Shown here one piece after another: positions 20,818 through 33,510 of a stretch of 64,000 bases of DNA (its first letter is position 1; the number at the start of each line of letters is the position of its first letter). The DNA is taken from NCBI GenBank assembly GCA_009379955.1, contig WHST01000007.1, positions 6,267 to 70,266 on the forward strand, written 5' to 3'. This DNA is from Streptosporangiales bacterium. GTDB taxonomy: Bacteria > Actinomycetota > Actinomycetes > Streptosporangiales > WHST01. Below the pieces are notes generated by a model, which worked only from the letters and a program-made list of their open reading frames with translations, searched no databases and was not told the DNA's origin. The translations under genes and the position numbers were made by a program.

Positions 20818-22017
20818 GTGCCGGCGGGGTCGGGCACCCGCCGCGGGCGGGGATCGTCGAGGCTGCTCCGTACCGCCGATGTCGGTGCCGCCAACCGGGC
20901 ACGGGTGCTGCAGGCGCTCGCCGACCACGGCCCGCTGTCGCGTGCCGACCTCGCCAGGCTCGCCGACGTCCCGCGGGCGACCATCGGCAGCATCGTCGCG
21001 AACCTGCTCGCCTCCGGCGTACTCGAGGAGACCGCGCCGCGACGTCAGGCGAGTGGCGCGGGTAAGCCGGCGCGGCCGCTGTGGTTCGGCGCCGACGTCG
21101 GCCTCACCGGCGGCGTGCTCGTCCGTCCCGGCACGATCGAGACCGCGGTCGTGAGCACGAGCGGCGAGATCGTGAGCAGGGGAGCGAGCCCGTTCGCGGT
21201 GTCCGCGAGCCGCGCCGACCTCGACCGGCAGCTCGTCTCCGCGGCGGCGGCGGTCCTGCGGCCGTACCGCGGCCGGCTGGTGGGGACGGGCGTGGCGATG
21301 CCGGCGAGCTGCGACGGGGAGACCGGCGAGGTGGTCGCGTGCACGCCCGTGCCCGGGCTGGTCGGCACGCGGCTGCCCGCGCTGCTGCGCCGCGCGACCG
21401 GGGTGCCCGTCGTCCTGGAGGAGGACGCGCGCGCACTCGCGGTCGGCCAGCGGTGGTTCGGTCAGGCGCGCGGCGTCGACGACTTCGTCGCGGTGCAGAT
21501 CGGCGCGGGCATCGGGGCCGGCATCATGCTTGACGGCCGGCTGTACCGCGCCGGCCCCGCGACGTCGGAGATCGGGCACACCTGCGTCGACATCCGCGGT
21601 GAGCGGTGCCGGTGCGGGCTGACCGGGTGCTGGGAGACGATCGCGTCGCTTCGCTGGCTGCGGCGCGAGGCGGTCGCACGCCGCCTGCGCGCCGGCCGCA
21701 CCCTGACCCCCGGCGGGCTCGTCGAGCGGGCCGGCGACCCTGCGGTCGCGGACCTGCTCGACACGTACGCCGACCACGTCGCGGTCGGCATTGCCAACCT
21801 CGTCCAGCTGCTCTCGCTGCGCGTGTTCATCCTGCACGGCGAGGTCGTCGGCGGCGGTGAGCCGCTGCGCCTGCTGATCGAGCGGGCGGTCGTCCGGCGG
21901 ACCCTGCCGGTGCTCGCCGGCGCAGTGCGCGTCGAGTTCGCCGCCCTAGACCAGGACGCCGGCCTCCTGGGCGCCGCAGCAGCGGCACTGACGAAAGAGC
22001 TGGCGATAGTGGCCTGA
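20818..22017 (+). CDS. ROK family transcriptional regulator
   Basis: N-terminal winged HTH (RVLQALADHGPLSRADLARLADVPRATIGSIVANLL) and a ROK sugar-kinase-like domain with the CRCGLTGCWE zinc motif. Confidence 0.9.
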   Translation: MPAGSGTRRGRGSSRLLRTADVGAANRARVLQALADHGPLSRADLARLADVPRATIGSIVANLLASGVLEETAPRRQASGAGKPARPLWFGADVGLTGGVLVRPGTIETAVVSTSGEIVSRGASPFAVSASRADLDRQLVSAAAAVLRPYRGRLVGTGVAMPASCDGETGEVVACTPVPGLVGTRLPALLRRATGVPVVLEEDARALAVGQRWFGQARGVDDFVAVQIGAGIGAGIMLDGRLYRAGPATSEIGHTCVDIRGERCRCGLTGCWETIASLRWLRREAVARRLRAGRTLTPGGLVERAGDPAVADLLDTYADHVAVGIANLVQLLSLRVFILHGEVVGGGEPLRLLIERAVVRRTLPVLAGAVRVEFAALDQDAGLLGAAAAALTKELAIVA

Positions 22018-22037
22018 CGTAGCGCGGTGCGCCAGGG

Positions 22038-22795
22038 TCAGCCCAGTCGCTGCCTGGCACGCAGCTTGCGGAGCGCGTCCTCGCGTCGCGGGTCGTCGGC
22101 CTTCGTCCTCGCGCCGCTCTCCGCCTGGCAGAACTCGTCGGTCTCCGGCAGGCTGCCGCCGAGCAGGAACCGTGTGGTCGCGTTGTCCGCGCAGGCGTTC
22201 CCCTCGGTCAGGTAGACGCCGTGGCCGCCGCCGTCGACGGTGACCATGCGGGCACGCTTGCCCAACGCCCGTCTGAGGTCGACGGCGCCGCTCTCGATCG
22301 TCGCCGGGTCACGGGTGTTCTGCGGGATCAGCACGTTCGCCGGGCCGTCGTCGGTGATCTCCACGGTCTTGTCCAGCGGCGGCTGCCAGAACGCGCACGG
22401 CGAGATGTTCGCGGCGAAGGCGCCGAGGAGCGGGTAGCGCCTGCGGTCGGTCCGCACGTCCTTCTTGTACGAGGCGACCGCGCGCGGCCAGGACGTGTCG
22501 TTGCACAGGATCGACAGCAGGGTCGCGGCGCTGCTGTCCTCCGGCGGGGCCGCGCGCAGCAGACCGGCCTCGCGCGCGGTCTCGCGCGCCCCGGCGGCGT
22601 CGTCGAGCTTCAGCTGCTGCCAGGCCTGCGCGAACGCCGGGAACCCGTCCTCGCCGTAGAGCGTTCCGCGCATGATCTGCCGGAAGGTGCTGCCGTCGAT
22701 GCCGCCGACCGGCTCCTTCGCGAGCTTGTGCGCGAAGGCGAGGAAGTTGCGGCGGACCTGTGCCGGTGTCGCGCCGAGCCCGAACGTGAGGACCG
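22038..22795 (-). pseudogene. 5'-truncated alpha/beta-hydrolase peptidase (tripeptidyl aminopeptidase / TAP C-terminal domain type)
   Basis: ORF 22038..22673 encodes only the C-terminal part (VTVDGGGHGVY His context, LLGGSLP). The frame stays open upstream to 22865. Peptidase-like sequence stops at the repeat array near 22796, and no nucleophile-Ser N-domain is present. Confidence 0.6.
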
Positions 22796-22955
22796 CCCGC
22801 TGGGGTCCCCGGTCGTGGTGCCAGGGCCCGCTGGGGTCCCCGGCTGTGGTGCCTAGGAGCGTGGGTCAGTAACACGCCAATACGGACCCACGCTCCTAGG
22901 CCCGCTGGGGTCCCCGGTGTGGTTCCGGCCCCCGCCGGGGTCCCCAGCCGGTACC
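22796..22955. repeat. Four copies of a 25-27 bp repeat, each with a 13-bp near-palindromic box (three read CTGGGGTCCCCGG), flanking a 16-bp-stem hairpin
   Basis: Repeats lie at 22796-22822, 22827-22853, 22901-22926 and 22931-22955. The hairpin is CCTAGGAGCGTGGGTC (22852-22867), a 17-nt loop, and GACCCACGCTCCTAGG (22885-22900). Confidence 0.85.
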
Positions 22956-23084
22956 GGAGGGTCGGGAAGGGGTGGCAAACCAGGGCTGAACTGGAGGAGT
23001 AGTCTGGCGCCTGGTACTCGTGAAGCGATTCACAAGTGCACCCGAGAACGCCAGGCTCGGGGCGGGAAGCGACGAGGAAGAGCC

Positions 23085-24359
23085 GTGTCCGACAGCCGCT
23101 CAGCGCAGGTGCCCACGGAGCACGCCGACGTCATCGTCGTCGGCGCGGGACCGTCCGGGTCCACCGCGGCGTACTACCTCGCCCAGGCCGGTGTCGACGT
23201 CCTCGTGCTGGAGAAGACGTCGTTCCCCCGCGAGAAGGTGTGCGGCGACGGCCTCACCCCGCGGGCGGTCCGTTCGCTGGTGCAGATGGGCATCAGCACC
23301 CAGGCCGCCGGCTGGGTCCACAACCACGGGCTGCGCATCTACGGCGGCGGCATGCGGCTCGAGCTGCCGTGGCCCGACCTCGCCGAGTACCCGAACGTCG
23401 GCCTCGTCCGCACCAGGCTCGACTTCGACGAGATCCTCGCCAGGCATGCCGAGAAGGCCGGCGCCCGGCTGCTGGAGAAGACCAACGTCACCGGCCCGAT
23501 CGTCGACGAGCGGTCCGGACGGATCGCCGGCGTGACCGCCAAGCGCGAGGGTGGCCCCGTCGAGTACCGGGCGCCGCTCGTGCTCGCCTGCGACGGCAAC
23601 TCCACCCGGCTGTCGATCGCGATGGGCCTGCGCCGGCGTGAGGACCGCCCGATGGGCGTCGCCTACCGCCGCTACTACGAGAGCCCGCGCCACGACGACG
23701 ACTGGCTGGAGTCGTGGCTGGAGCTGTGGGACGGCGAGAAGCTGCTGCCCGGCTACGGCTGGGTCTTCGGCGTCGGCGACGGCACGTCCAACGTCGGCCT
23801 GGGCATCCTCAACGCCTCGGCGTCGTTCGGCAACGTCGACTACCGCGAGCTGCTGCGGCGCTGGACCGGCGCAATGCCGGAGGAGTGGCAGTTCAGCGAG
23901 CCCCACGCCACCTCGCCGATCCGCGGGGCGGCGCTGCCGATGGGCTTCAACCGCGCACCCCTCTATACCAGGGGCATGCTGCTCGTCGGGGACGCCGGCG
24001 GCCTGGTCAACCCGTTCAACGGGGAGGGCATCGCCTACGCGATGGAGTCCGCCGCGCTGGCGGCCGACGTCATCGTCCAGGCACTCGCCCGGCCGACGCT
24101 CGGCGCGAGGGAGCGGACGCTGGAGTCGTACCCGCGGGTGCTCAAGGAGAAGTACGGGGGCTACTACACGCTGGGCCGGATCTTCGTCCGGATGATCAGC
24201 AACCCCCACCTGATGAAGGTCGCGACGAGGCACGGCCTGCCGCACCCCACCCTGATGCGGTTCACGCTCAAGCTGCTCGCGAACCTCACCGACCCGCGGG
24301 GCGGCGACGCCTTCGACAGGGTCATCAACGCCATGACCAAGCTCGCGCCCGCGGCATGA
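23085..24359 (+). CDS. geranylgeranyl reductase family flavoprotein (MenJ-like menaquinone side-chain reductase candidate)
   Basis: GTG at 23085 (GAGGAAGAG upstream) within ORF 22917..24359. FAD motif DVIVVGAGPSGS, then KVCGDGLTPRA and LVGDAGGLVNPFNGEGI. Position directly upstream of nuoA. Confidence 0.85.
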   Translation: MSDSRSAQVPTEHADVIVVGAGPSGSTAAYYLAQAGVDVLVLEKTSFPREKVCGDGLTPRAVRSLVQMGISTQAAGWVHNHGLRIYGGGMRLELPWPDLAEYPNVGLVRTRLDFDEILARHAEKAGARLLEKTNVTGPIVDERSGRIAGVTAKREGGPVEYRAPLVLACDGNSTRLSIAMGLRRREDRPMGVAYRRYYESPRHDDDWLESWLELWDGEKLLPGYGWVFGVGDGTSNVGLGILNASASFGNVDYRELLRRWTGAMPEEWQFSEPHATSPIRGAALPMGFNRAPLYTRGMLLVGDAGGLVNPFNGEGIAYAMESAALAADVIVQALARPTLGARERTLESYPRVLKEKYGGYYTLGRIFVRMISNPHLMKVATRHGLPHPTLMRFTLKLLANLTDPRGGDAFDRVINAMTKLAPAA

Positions 24360-24459
24360 TCCCGCGAGCGTGGGGAGGGGGCCGCGGTCCTACACTGACG
24401 CGCGGCGCAGGTGCAGGTTCGGCGCGACCCGGTACTGCCGGTAGATGGGAGAGACGAGG

Positions 24460-24819
24460 ATGAGCCTCTACGTTCCGATCCTCGTGCTCGCCGTACTCGC
24501 GTTCGCGTTCGCGGGGGTGACGATCGTGCTCGGTGCGCTCACCGGGCCGAAGCGCTACAACCGCGCGAAGGTCGAGGCCTACGAGTGCGGTATCGAGCCG
24601 ACCCCCCAGCCCGCCGGTGGCGGCCGGTTCCCGGTGAAGTACTACCTCACCGCGATGCTCTTCATCATCTTCGACATCGAGATCATCTTCCTCTACCCGT
24701 GGGCCGTCGCGTTCGACTCGCTCGGCCTCTTCGGGTTGGTCGAGATGGTGCTGTTCCTCCTCACGGTGCTCGTCGCGTACGCCTACGTCTGGCGTCGAGG
24801 CGGGCTCGAGTGGGACTGA
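24460..24819 (+). CDS. nuoA: NADH-quinone oxidoreductase subunit A
   Basis: MSLYVPILVLAVLAF..YECGIEP..KYYLTAMLFIIFDIEIIFLYPWA. The alternative start is at 24445. Confidence 0.95.
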   Translation: MSLYVPILVLAVLAFAFAGVTIVLGALTGPKRYNRAKVEAYECGIEPTPQPAGGGRFPVKYYLTAMLFIIFDIEIIFLYPWAVAFDSLGLFGLVEMVLFLLTVLVAYAYVWRRGGLEWD

Positions 24820-24877
24820 CAGGCGTGGCGGGATTCCGGGTGCGGCGGACGACTAGCGGGACGTAGCGGAGGACGAC

Positions 24878-25432
24878 ATGGGCATCGAGGAGAAGCTGCC
24901 GAGCGGCTTCCTGCTGACGACGGTCGAGAAGGCGGTGGGCTGGGTCCGCCGGTCCTCGCTGTGGCCGGCGACGTTCGGCCTGGCGTGCTGCGCGTTCGAG
25001 ATGATGACCGCGGGCGGGCCGCGGTACGACCTCGGCCGGTTCGGCATGGAGGTCTTCCGCGCGTCGCCGCGCAGCGCCGACCTGATGATCGTCGCCGGCC
25101 GGGTGAGCCAGAAGATGGCGCCGGTGCTGCGGCAGGTCTACGACCAGATGCCGGGCCCCAAGTGGGTGCTGTCGATGGGCGTCTGCGCGTCGAGCGGCGG
25201 CATGTCCAACAACTACGCGATCGTGCAGGGCGTCGACCACATCGTGCCCGTCGACATCTACCTGCCGGGCTGCCCGCCGCGGCCGGAGATGCTCATCGAC
25301 GCGATCGTGAAGCTGCACGACAAGATCGAGAACGAGAAGCTCGGCGTCAACCGCGAGCGCGAGGAGGAAGAGGCCGAGCGCGCCGCGCTCGAGGCCCTTC
25401 CCACGTCCGGGTCGCGAGGGGTGGGTCGGTGA
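24878..25432 (+). CDS. nuoB: NADH-quinone oxidoreductase subunit B
   Basis: [19 protein letters not shown] and LPGCPPRPE provide the N2 cluster cysteines. Confidence 0.97.
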   Translation: MGIEEKLPSGFLLTTVEKAVGWVRRSSLWPATFGLACCAFEMMTAGGPRYDLGRFGMEVFRASPRSADLMIVAGRVSQKMAPVLRQVYDQMPGPKWVLSMGVCASSGGMSNNYAIVQGVDHIVPVDIYLPGCPPRPEMLIDAIVKLHDKIENEKLGVNREREEEEAERAALEALPTSGSRGVGR

Positions 25433-25544
25433 CTGGCAGCGCAGGAGTGAGCGAGCTCGCCGGAGGTAGGGGTCGCGACGCGACCTCGGCCGGTGTTCGC
25501 CCGGCCGCGGCCCCTGCCGTAGGCGGGCGAGAGAGCGGGCGCGC

Positions 25545-26252
25545 ATGACACAGGACGTCAGCGGGGCGGACAACTCCCCGGAACGGCGCGCGGCTGACGA
25601 CGTCCCGGCGCGGCCGACGTACGCGCGCGGGATGTTCGGCAACCGCGACACCGGCGACACCTCCGGCTACGGCAGGCTGCGCCGGCCGGTGCCGTTCCCC
25701 GGGCCGTCGCAACGGCCGTACGGCGAGCCGTTCGACGAGATCGCCGACGCGTTCGAGGGCGCGTACGACGGGTACGGCGACGCGGTCGAGCAGGTCGTCG
25801 TGGACCGCGGCGAGATCACCTTCCACGTGCGACGCGAGCGGCTCGTCGAGGCGCTGCGGGTGCTGCGCGACGACCCGGCGCTGCGCTACGAGATGTGCCT
25901 CGGCGTGTCCGGCGTGCACTACCCGACCGACGAGGGACGCGAGCTGCACGCGGTCTACCCGCTGCTCTCGATCAGCTACAACCGGCGGATCAGGCTCGAG
26001 GTCACCTGCCCCGACGCCGACCCGCACCTGCCGTCGATCGTCTCGGTCTACCCGACGAACAACTGGCACGAGCGTGAGGCGTACGACTTCTTCGGCATCG
26101 TCTTCGACGGCCACCCGGCGCTGACGAGGATCGAGATGCCGGACGACTGGGTGGGTCACCCCCAGCGCAAGGACTACCCGCTCGGCGGGATCGCGGTCGA
26201 GTACAAGGGCGCTTCCATCCCGCCGCCGGACGAGCGGAGGGCGTATAACTGA
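25545..26252 (+). CDS. nuoC: NADH-quinone oxidoreductase subunit C
   Basis: 30-kDa subunit pattern [19 protein letters not shown]. Confidence 0.95.
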   Translation: MTQDVSGADNSPERRAADDVPARPTYARGMFGNRDTGDTSGYGRLRRPVPFPGPSQRPYGEPFDEIADAFEGAYDGYGDAVEQVVVDRGEITFHVRRERLVEALRVLRDDPALRYEMCLGVSGVHYPTDEGRELHAVYPLLSISYNRRIRLEVTCPDADPHLPSIVSVYPTNNWHEREAYDFFGIVFDGHPALTRIEMPDDWVGHPQRKDYPLGGIAVEYKGASIPPPDERRAYN

Positions 26253-27589
26253 TGAGCACTCAGGACATCTACGGCGGGCCGACCGAGGACTCCGCGGGGC
26301 GCACCTTCACCGTCACCGGCGGCGACTGGGACACCATCGCCGACGCCGCGGCCGCCGACGAGGAGGGCAAGCTCGTCGTCAACATGGGGCCGCAGCACCC
26401 GTCGACGCACGGGGTGCTCCGGCTGATCCTCGCCCTCGACGGCGAGACGGTCACCGAGTGCAGGTTGGCCATCGGCTACCTGCACACGGGAATCGAGAAG
26501 AACTGCGAGTACCGCACGTTCACCCAGGGCGTCACGTACGTCACCAGGGCCGACTACGTCATGCCGTTCTTCAACGAGGTCTCGTACTGCCTGTCGGTCG
26601 AGCGACTGCTCGGCATCGAGGACGACATCCCCGAACGCGCCAACATCATCCGCGTGCTGATGATGGAGCTCAACCGCATCTCGTCGCACATGGTGGCCAT
26701 CGCCACCGGAGGTATGGAGATCGGCGCGATCGCGGTCATGACGTTCGGGTTCCGCGAGCGGGAGCTGGTGCTCGACGTGTTCGAGCTGATCACCGGCCTG
26801 CGGCTCAACCATGCGTACATCCGGCCGGGCGGCGTCATCCAGGACCTCCCGGACGGCGCCATCGACAAGGTGCGCGAGTTCGTCAAGGTGATGCGCACGA
26901 ACCTCGGCGACTACGAGAAGCTGCTCAACGGCAACGCGATCTTCCAGGGCCGTACCAGGGGCGTCTCCGTCCTCGACCTGCCCGGCTGCCTGTCGATGGG
27001 CCTGACCGGACCCGTGCTCCGCTCCGCCGGGCTCCCGTGGGACCTCCGCAAGCAGGAGCCGTACTGCGGCTACGAGGACTACGACTTCGACGTCATCACC
27101 GGCACCGGCGCCGACGCGTTCGACCGGTACGTGATCCGGGTCGAGGAGATGAAGGAGTCCCTGAACATCATCGAGCAGTGCCTCGAGCGGCTCGGTCCGC
27201 CGGGGTCGGCGCCGGTGATGGTCGAGGACCCGAAGATCGCCTGGCCCGCGCGCCTCGCGGTCGGGGCCGACGGTCAGGGCAACTCCCTCGACCACATCAG
27301 GCACATCATGGGGACCTCGATGGAGGCACTGATCCACCACTTCAAGCTCGTCACCGAGGGCTTCCGGGTGCCCGCCGGACAGGCGTACGTCCCGGTCGAG
27401 TCGGCGAAGGGCGAGCTGGGCTGCCACGTGGTGTCCGATGGCGGTACGCGGCCGTACCGCGTGCACATGCGTGACCCCTCGTTCGCCAACCTGCAGGCAG
27501 TGCCCGCGATGGTCGAGGGCGGCATGGTGGCCGACGTGATCGTCGGCATCGCGAGTGTGGACCCGGTGCTCGGAGGAGTGGACAGGTGA
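26252..27589 (+). CDS. nuoD: NADH-quinone oxidoreductase subunit D
   Basis: 49-kDa subunit with [15 protein letters not shown] and C-terminal DPVLGGVDR. Confidence 0.97.
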   Translation: MSTQDIYGGPTEDSAGRTFTVTGGDWDTIADAAAADEEGKLVVNMGPQHPSTHGVLRLILALDGETVTECRLAIGYLHTGIEKNCEYRTFTQGVTYVTRADYVMPFFNEVSYCLSVERLLGIEDDIPERANIIRVLMMELNRISSHMVAIATGGMEIGAIAVMTFGFRERELVLDVFELITGLRLNHAYIRPGGVIQDLPDGAIDKVREFVKVMRTNLGDYEKLLNGNAIFQGRTRGVSVLDLPGCLSMGLTGPVLRSAGLPWDLRKQEPYCGYEDYDFDVITGTGADAFDRYVIRVEEMKESLNIIEQCLERLGPPGSAPVMVEDPKIAWPARLAVGADGQGNSLDHIRHIMGTSMEALIHHFKLVTEGFRVPAGQAYVPVESAKGELGCHVVSDGGTRPYRVHMRDPSFANLQAVPAMVEGGMVADVIVGIASVDPVLGGVDR

Positions 27590-28326
27590 CCGCCACAGAC
27601 CAGTCGTCGACGGACGTGTTCGGCGAGGAGATCCGGGCGCAGGCGCAGCAGATCATCGCGCGCTACCCCGCGGGCCGGAGCCGGTCCGCGCTGCTGCCGC
27701 TGCTGCACCTGGTGCAGTCGGTCGAGGGCTACGTCACCCCGGCGGGCATCAGGTTCTGCGCGGAGACGCTCGACCTCAGCGAGGCCGCGGTCACGGCGGT
27801 GTCGACGTTCTACACGATGTACAAGCGGCAGCCGACCGGCGACTACCTCGTGAGCGTCTGCACCAACACGCTGTGCGGCGTGCTCGGCGGCGACGACATC
27901 TACGAGGCGCTGCACGACGAGCTCGGCATCGAGCCCAACGAGACGACCGACGACGGCCGGGTCACGCTGGAGCACGCCGAGTGCCTGGCCGCGTGCGACT
28001 ACGCGCCCGTCGTCACCGTCAACTACGAGTACTTCGACCAGCAGTCGCCGGAGTCGGCCGTCGAGATCGTCCGCGAGCTGCAGGCCGGGCGCACACCGCT
28101 CCCGACGCGGGGCGCACCGCTGTGCACGTTCCGGCAGATCGGCCGCCAGCTCGCCGGGTTCTCCGACGAGCGGCCCGACGCGCTCGCCGGTGGCGTCGTG
28201 GGCGAGCCGTCGCTCGCCGGTCTGCGCCTCGCCGAGGAGCACGGCATGGCCGACGACGCGCGCAGGCGGCTGCGCGCCGACGAGAAGACCGACGACACGG
28301 TGACCGACGACGGGGAAGGGGACTGA
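27586..28326 (+). CDS. nuoE: NADH-quinone oxidoreductase subunit E
   Basis: 2Fe-2S cysteines in [11 protein letters not shown] and [11 protein letters not shown]. Confidence 0.95.
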   Translation: MTATDQSSTDVFGEEIRAQAQQIIARYPAGRSRSALLPLLHLVQSVEGYVTPAGIRFCAETLDLSEAAVTAVSTFYTMYKRQPTGDYLVSVCTNTLCGVLGGDDIYEALHDELGIEPNETTDDGRVTLEHAECLAACDYAPVVTVNYEYFDQQSPESAVEIVRELQAGRTPLPTRGAPLCTFRQIGRQLAGFSDERPDALAGGVVGEPSLAGLRLAEEHGMADDARRRLRADEKTDDTVTDDGEGD

Positions 28327-28327
28327 G

Positions 28328-29634
<1,307 letters not shown>

Positions 29635-29638
<4 letters not shown>

Positions 29639-32100
29639 CCATCACCGAGGGCAAGGCGGGACCGCCCGCCGAGCGGCCGGCCGGCATCGTGACCGTGACG
29701 ATCGACGGCGTCACCCTCGACGTCCCCGAGGGCACGCTGATCATCCGTGCGGCCGAGCTGATCGGCACCGCGATCCCGCGGTTCTGCGACCACCCGCTGC
29801 TCGAGCCGATCGGCGCGTGTCGGCAGTGCCTCGTCGAGGTCACCGACATGGGCAACGGTCGCGGCATGCCCAAGCCCCCCGCGTCCTGCACCACCGTGTG
29901 CATGGACGGCATGGTCGTGAAGACGCACGAGAGCTCCGAGGTCGCCGCGAAGGCACAGCGCGGCGTCATGGAGCTGCTGCTGATGAACCACCCGCTCGAC
30001 TGCCCGGTCTGCGACAAGGGCGGCGAGTGCCCGCTGCAGAACCAGGCGATGAGCAACGGCCAGGGCGAGACGCGGTTCCACGACGTCAAGCGCACGTATC
30101 CCAAGCCACTCGCCATCTCCTCGCAGGTGCTGCTCGACCGCGAGCGGTGCGTGCTGTGCGCGCGGTGCACGCGGTTCTCCGAGCAGGTGGCGGGCGACCC
30201 GTTCATCGAGCTGCTCGAACGCGGCGCCCTGGAGCAGGTGGGGGTTTCTGCGGAGAAACCGTTCGACTCCTACTTCTCCGGCAACACCACACAAATCTGC
30301 CCGGTCGGAGCGCTCACGAGCACGTCGTACCGCTTCCGCTCGCGGCCGTTCGACCTGGTGTCGACGCCGTCGGTCTGCGAGCACTGCGCCAGCGGCTGTG
30401 CCAACCGCACCGACCACCGCCGCGGCACCGTCATGCGCCGGCTCGCGGGCAACGACCCCGAGGTCAACGAGGAGTGGAACTGCGACAAGGGCAGGTGGGC
30501 GTTCCGCTACGACACCCTGCCCGACCGTCTGCAGGTACCGCTCGTCCGTGACGACGACGGCCGGTTGACGCCGACGTCGTGGCAGGAGGCACTGCACATC
30601 GCCGGGCAGGGTCTTGCGGCCGCGCGCGGGAGGGCCGGTGTGCTGACCGGTGGCCGCCTCACGCTCGAGGACTCCTACGCGTACGCGAAGTTCGCCCGTG
30701 TCGCGCTCGGCACCAACGACGTCGACATGCGGGCGCGGCCGCACTCCGCCGAGGAGACCGAGTTCCTCGCCGCGCACGTGGCCGGCACCGGGCTCGGCGT
30801 CACGTACACCGACCTCGAGACCGCGCCGGCAGTCGTCCTCGCCGGCTTCGAGGCCGAGGAGGAGTCGCCCATCGTCTTCCTGCGGCTGCGCAAGGCCGCA
30901 CGCAAGCGGGGCACGTCGGTCTACGCGCTCGCGCCGTACGCCACGACCGGGCTCGTCAAGACCTCGGGCACGCTGGTCGAGACCGCGCCCGGCACGGAGT
31001 CCGAGGTGCTCAACGCGCTCGCGATCGGTGGCGCCGACGCGGGTCTCGACGCGGCCGGCACCGCAGCCGCCGATGCCCTGCGCCAGGAGGGTGCGGTGCT
31101 GCTGGTCGGCGAGCGGCTGGCGAGCGTGCCCGGCGCGCTGTCCGCGGCGTCCCGGCTGGCACGGGCGACCGGCGCGCGGCTGGCGTGGATCCCCCGCCGC
31201 GCGGGCGAGCGCGGCGCCGTCGAGGCCGGCACGCTGCCCAACCTGCTGCCCGGCGGACGTCCCGTCGACGACGTCGAGGCGCGCGCGCAGCTGTCGCGCA
31301 CCTGGGCGATGCGCGACCTGCCGATCACGCCGGGACGCGACACGGCGGAGATCCTCCGTGCGGCCCGTTCCGGCGAGATCGGCGCGCTCGTCGTCGCGGG
31401 TGTCGACCCCGACGACCTGCCCGACCCGGCGGGCGCGCTCGACGCCCTCGAGTACACGCCGTTCATCGTCAGCCTCGAGCTGCGCGCCGGCTCGGTGACC
31501 GACCGGGCCGACGTGGTCCTGCCGGTCGCGGCCGTGGCCGAGAAGGACGGCACGTTCGTCGACTGGGAGGGCAGGGAGCGCGCGTTCGAGGCGGTCTTCG
31601 CCGAGCGTGCGGCGATGTCCGACCTGACGGTGCTCAACGCGCTCGCCGACCAGATGGACGTCCACCTCGGGCTGCCCGACGCGTCGACCGCGCGGCACGA
31701 GCTGCGCGGTCTCGGCGAGTGGAGCGGCACCCGGGCTCCGGCGCCGAACACCCCGGCCGTCGACAAGCCGCGCCCCGCGACCGGTCAGGCCGCGCTAGCC
31801 ACCTGGCACCTGATCCTCGACGCGGGTCGCCTGCAGGACGGCGAGCCGTACCTCGCGGGCACGGCGCACCAGGCGCATGCGCGCCTGTCCGCGGCCACGG
31901 CGGCGGAGGTCGGCGTGGGCGACGGCGGCGCGCTCACCGTCAGCACCGGTCAGGGCTCCGTCACGCTGCCGCTCGTCGTCACCGACATGCCGGAGCGCGT
32001 GGTGTGGCTGCCGACCAACAGTCCCGACTGCTCGGTACGCCGCGACCTGCGGGCCGACGCCGGTGACGTCGTGACACTGTCCGTGGGAGGTGCGGCGTGA
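29635..32100 (+). CDS. nuoG: NADH-quinone oxidoreductase subunit G
   Basis: CRQCLVEV and [17 protein letters not shown], followed by a molybdopterin-like domain. 821 aa. Confidence 0.96.
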
Positions 32101-32193
32101 TCCAGCGAAGGAGCTCGACGAGCGCCTCGGAGGTAGGCGCCGCGTCGCGGTCGGCACCGGCTCTTACCTCATCGCGGCGTCTGCCGGAGAGGC

Positions 32194-33510
32194 GTGAGGA
32201 GGCGGTCGCGAATGTATGACGCGCTGATCTTGGCCGAGGAGCCGGGACGGGCCATCTTCGGGCACGACCCGTGGTGGATCATCCTCATCAAGGCGGTCGC
32301 GGTCTTCCTCTTCCTCACGCTCTTCACGGTGTTCAACATCATGTACGAGCGCAAGGTCGTGGCCCGCATGCACGTGCGGCTGGGGCCCAACCGGCACGGG
32401 CCGAACGGGTGGCTGCAGAGCCTCGCCGACGGCCTGAAGCTGATCCTCAAGGAGGACATCAACCCCCGCGGCGTCGACAAGATCACCTTCTGGATCGCGC
32501 CGGCGATCGCCGCCGGCGCCGCGTTCACGGCGTTCGCGGTGATCCCGTTCGGCCCCGAGGTCTCGATGTTCGGGGTCACGACGCAGTTGCAGCTCGCCGA
32601 CTTCCCCGTCGCCGCGCTGTTCTTCCTGGCGATGAGCTCGCTCGGCATCTACGGCATCGTGCTCGGCGGCTGGGCGAGCGCGTCGCCGTACCCGCTGCTC
32701 GGTGGGCTGCGGTCGTCGGCGCAGATGATCAGCTACGAGGTGGCGATGGGCCTCTCGTGGGTGACGGTGTTCATGGTGGCCGGTTCGATGTGGACGTCCG
32801 ACATCGTGGCGGCGCAGGCCGACCAGTGGATGCTGGTGCAGACGGCTTTCGTCCCGTTCGTCATCTACATGATCGCGATGGTCGGTGAGACCAACAGGGC
32901 GCCGTTCGACCTGCCGGAGGCAGAGGGCGAGCTGGTCGGCGGCTACCACACCGAGTACTCGTCGGTGAAGTTCATGAACTTCTTCCTCGCCGAGTACGTG
33001 AACATGGTCACCGTCTCGGCGATCGCCACGACCATGTTCCTCGGCGGCTGGCGCGCCCCGTGGCCGATCTCCCTGTGGGAGAACGCCAACCAGGGCTGGT
33101 GGCCGCTGCTGTGGTTCTTCGGCAAGCTGCTGCTCCTGCTGTTCGTCTTCATCTGGCTGCGCGGTACGCTGCCGCGGCTGCGCTACGACCAGTTCATGAA
33201 GCTGGGCTGGAAGGTCCTCATCCCCGTCGCGCTCGGCTGGGTGATGTTCGTCGGTGCGATGCGGCACGCGACGTCGTACGGCACGACACCGCGGATCATC
33301 GTGGCCGTCGCGCTGTTCGTGGTGCTGATCGCCGGCTACGCGCTCTGGGACCGCAGCCAGCGCCGGCGCGAGCGGGCCGAGGCGGCCGAGGACGAGGACT
33401 ACGCCAAGCGGATCGAGGAGGACCCCATGGCAGCGGGTTATCCGGTGCCCACGCTCGACGCTCCTCATCTGCGTGACGTCGCACACCGGGAGGTGACACC
33501 GCGTGGCTGA
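32194..33510 (+). CDS. nuoH: NADH-quinone oxidoreductase subunit H
   Basis: [26 protein letters not shown]. The start may instead be the ATG at 32212. Confidence 0.96.
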   Translation: MRRRSRMYDALILAEEPGRAIFGHDPWWIILIKAVAVFLFLTLFTVFNIMYERKVVARMHVRLGPNRHGPNGWLQSLADGLKLILKEDINPRGVDKITFWIAPAIAAGAAFTAFAVIPFGPEVSMFGVTTQLQLADFPVAALFFLAMSSLGIYGIVLGGWASASPYPLLGGLRSSAQMISYEVAMGLSWVTVFMVAGSMWTSDIVAAQADQWMLVQTAFVPFVIYMIAMVGETNRAPFDLPEAEGELVGGYHTEYSSVKFMNFFLAEYVNMVTVSAIATTMFLGGWRAPWPISLWENANQGWWPLLWFFGKLLLLLFVFIWLRGTLPRLRYDQFMKLGWKVLIPVALGWVMFVGAMRHATSYGTTPRIIVAVALFVVLIAGYALWDRSQRRRERAEAAEDEDYAKRIEEDPMAAGYPVPTLDAPHLRDVAHREVTPRG

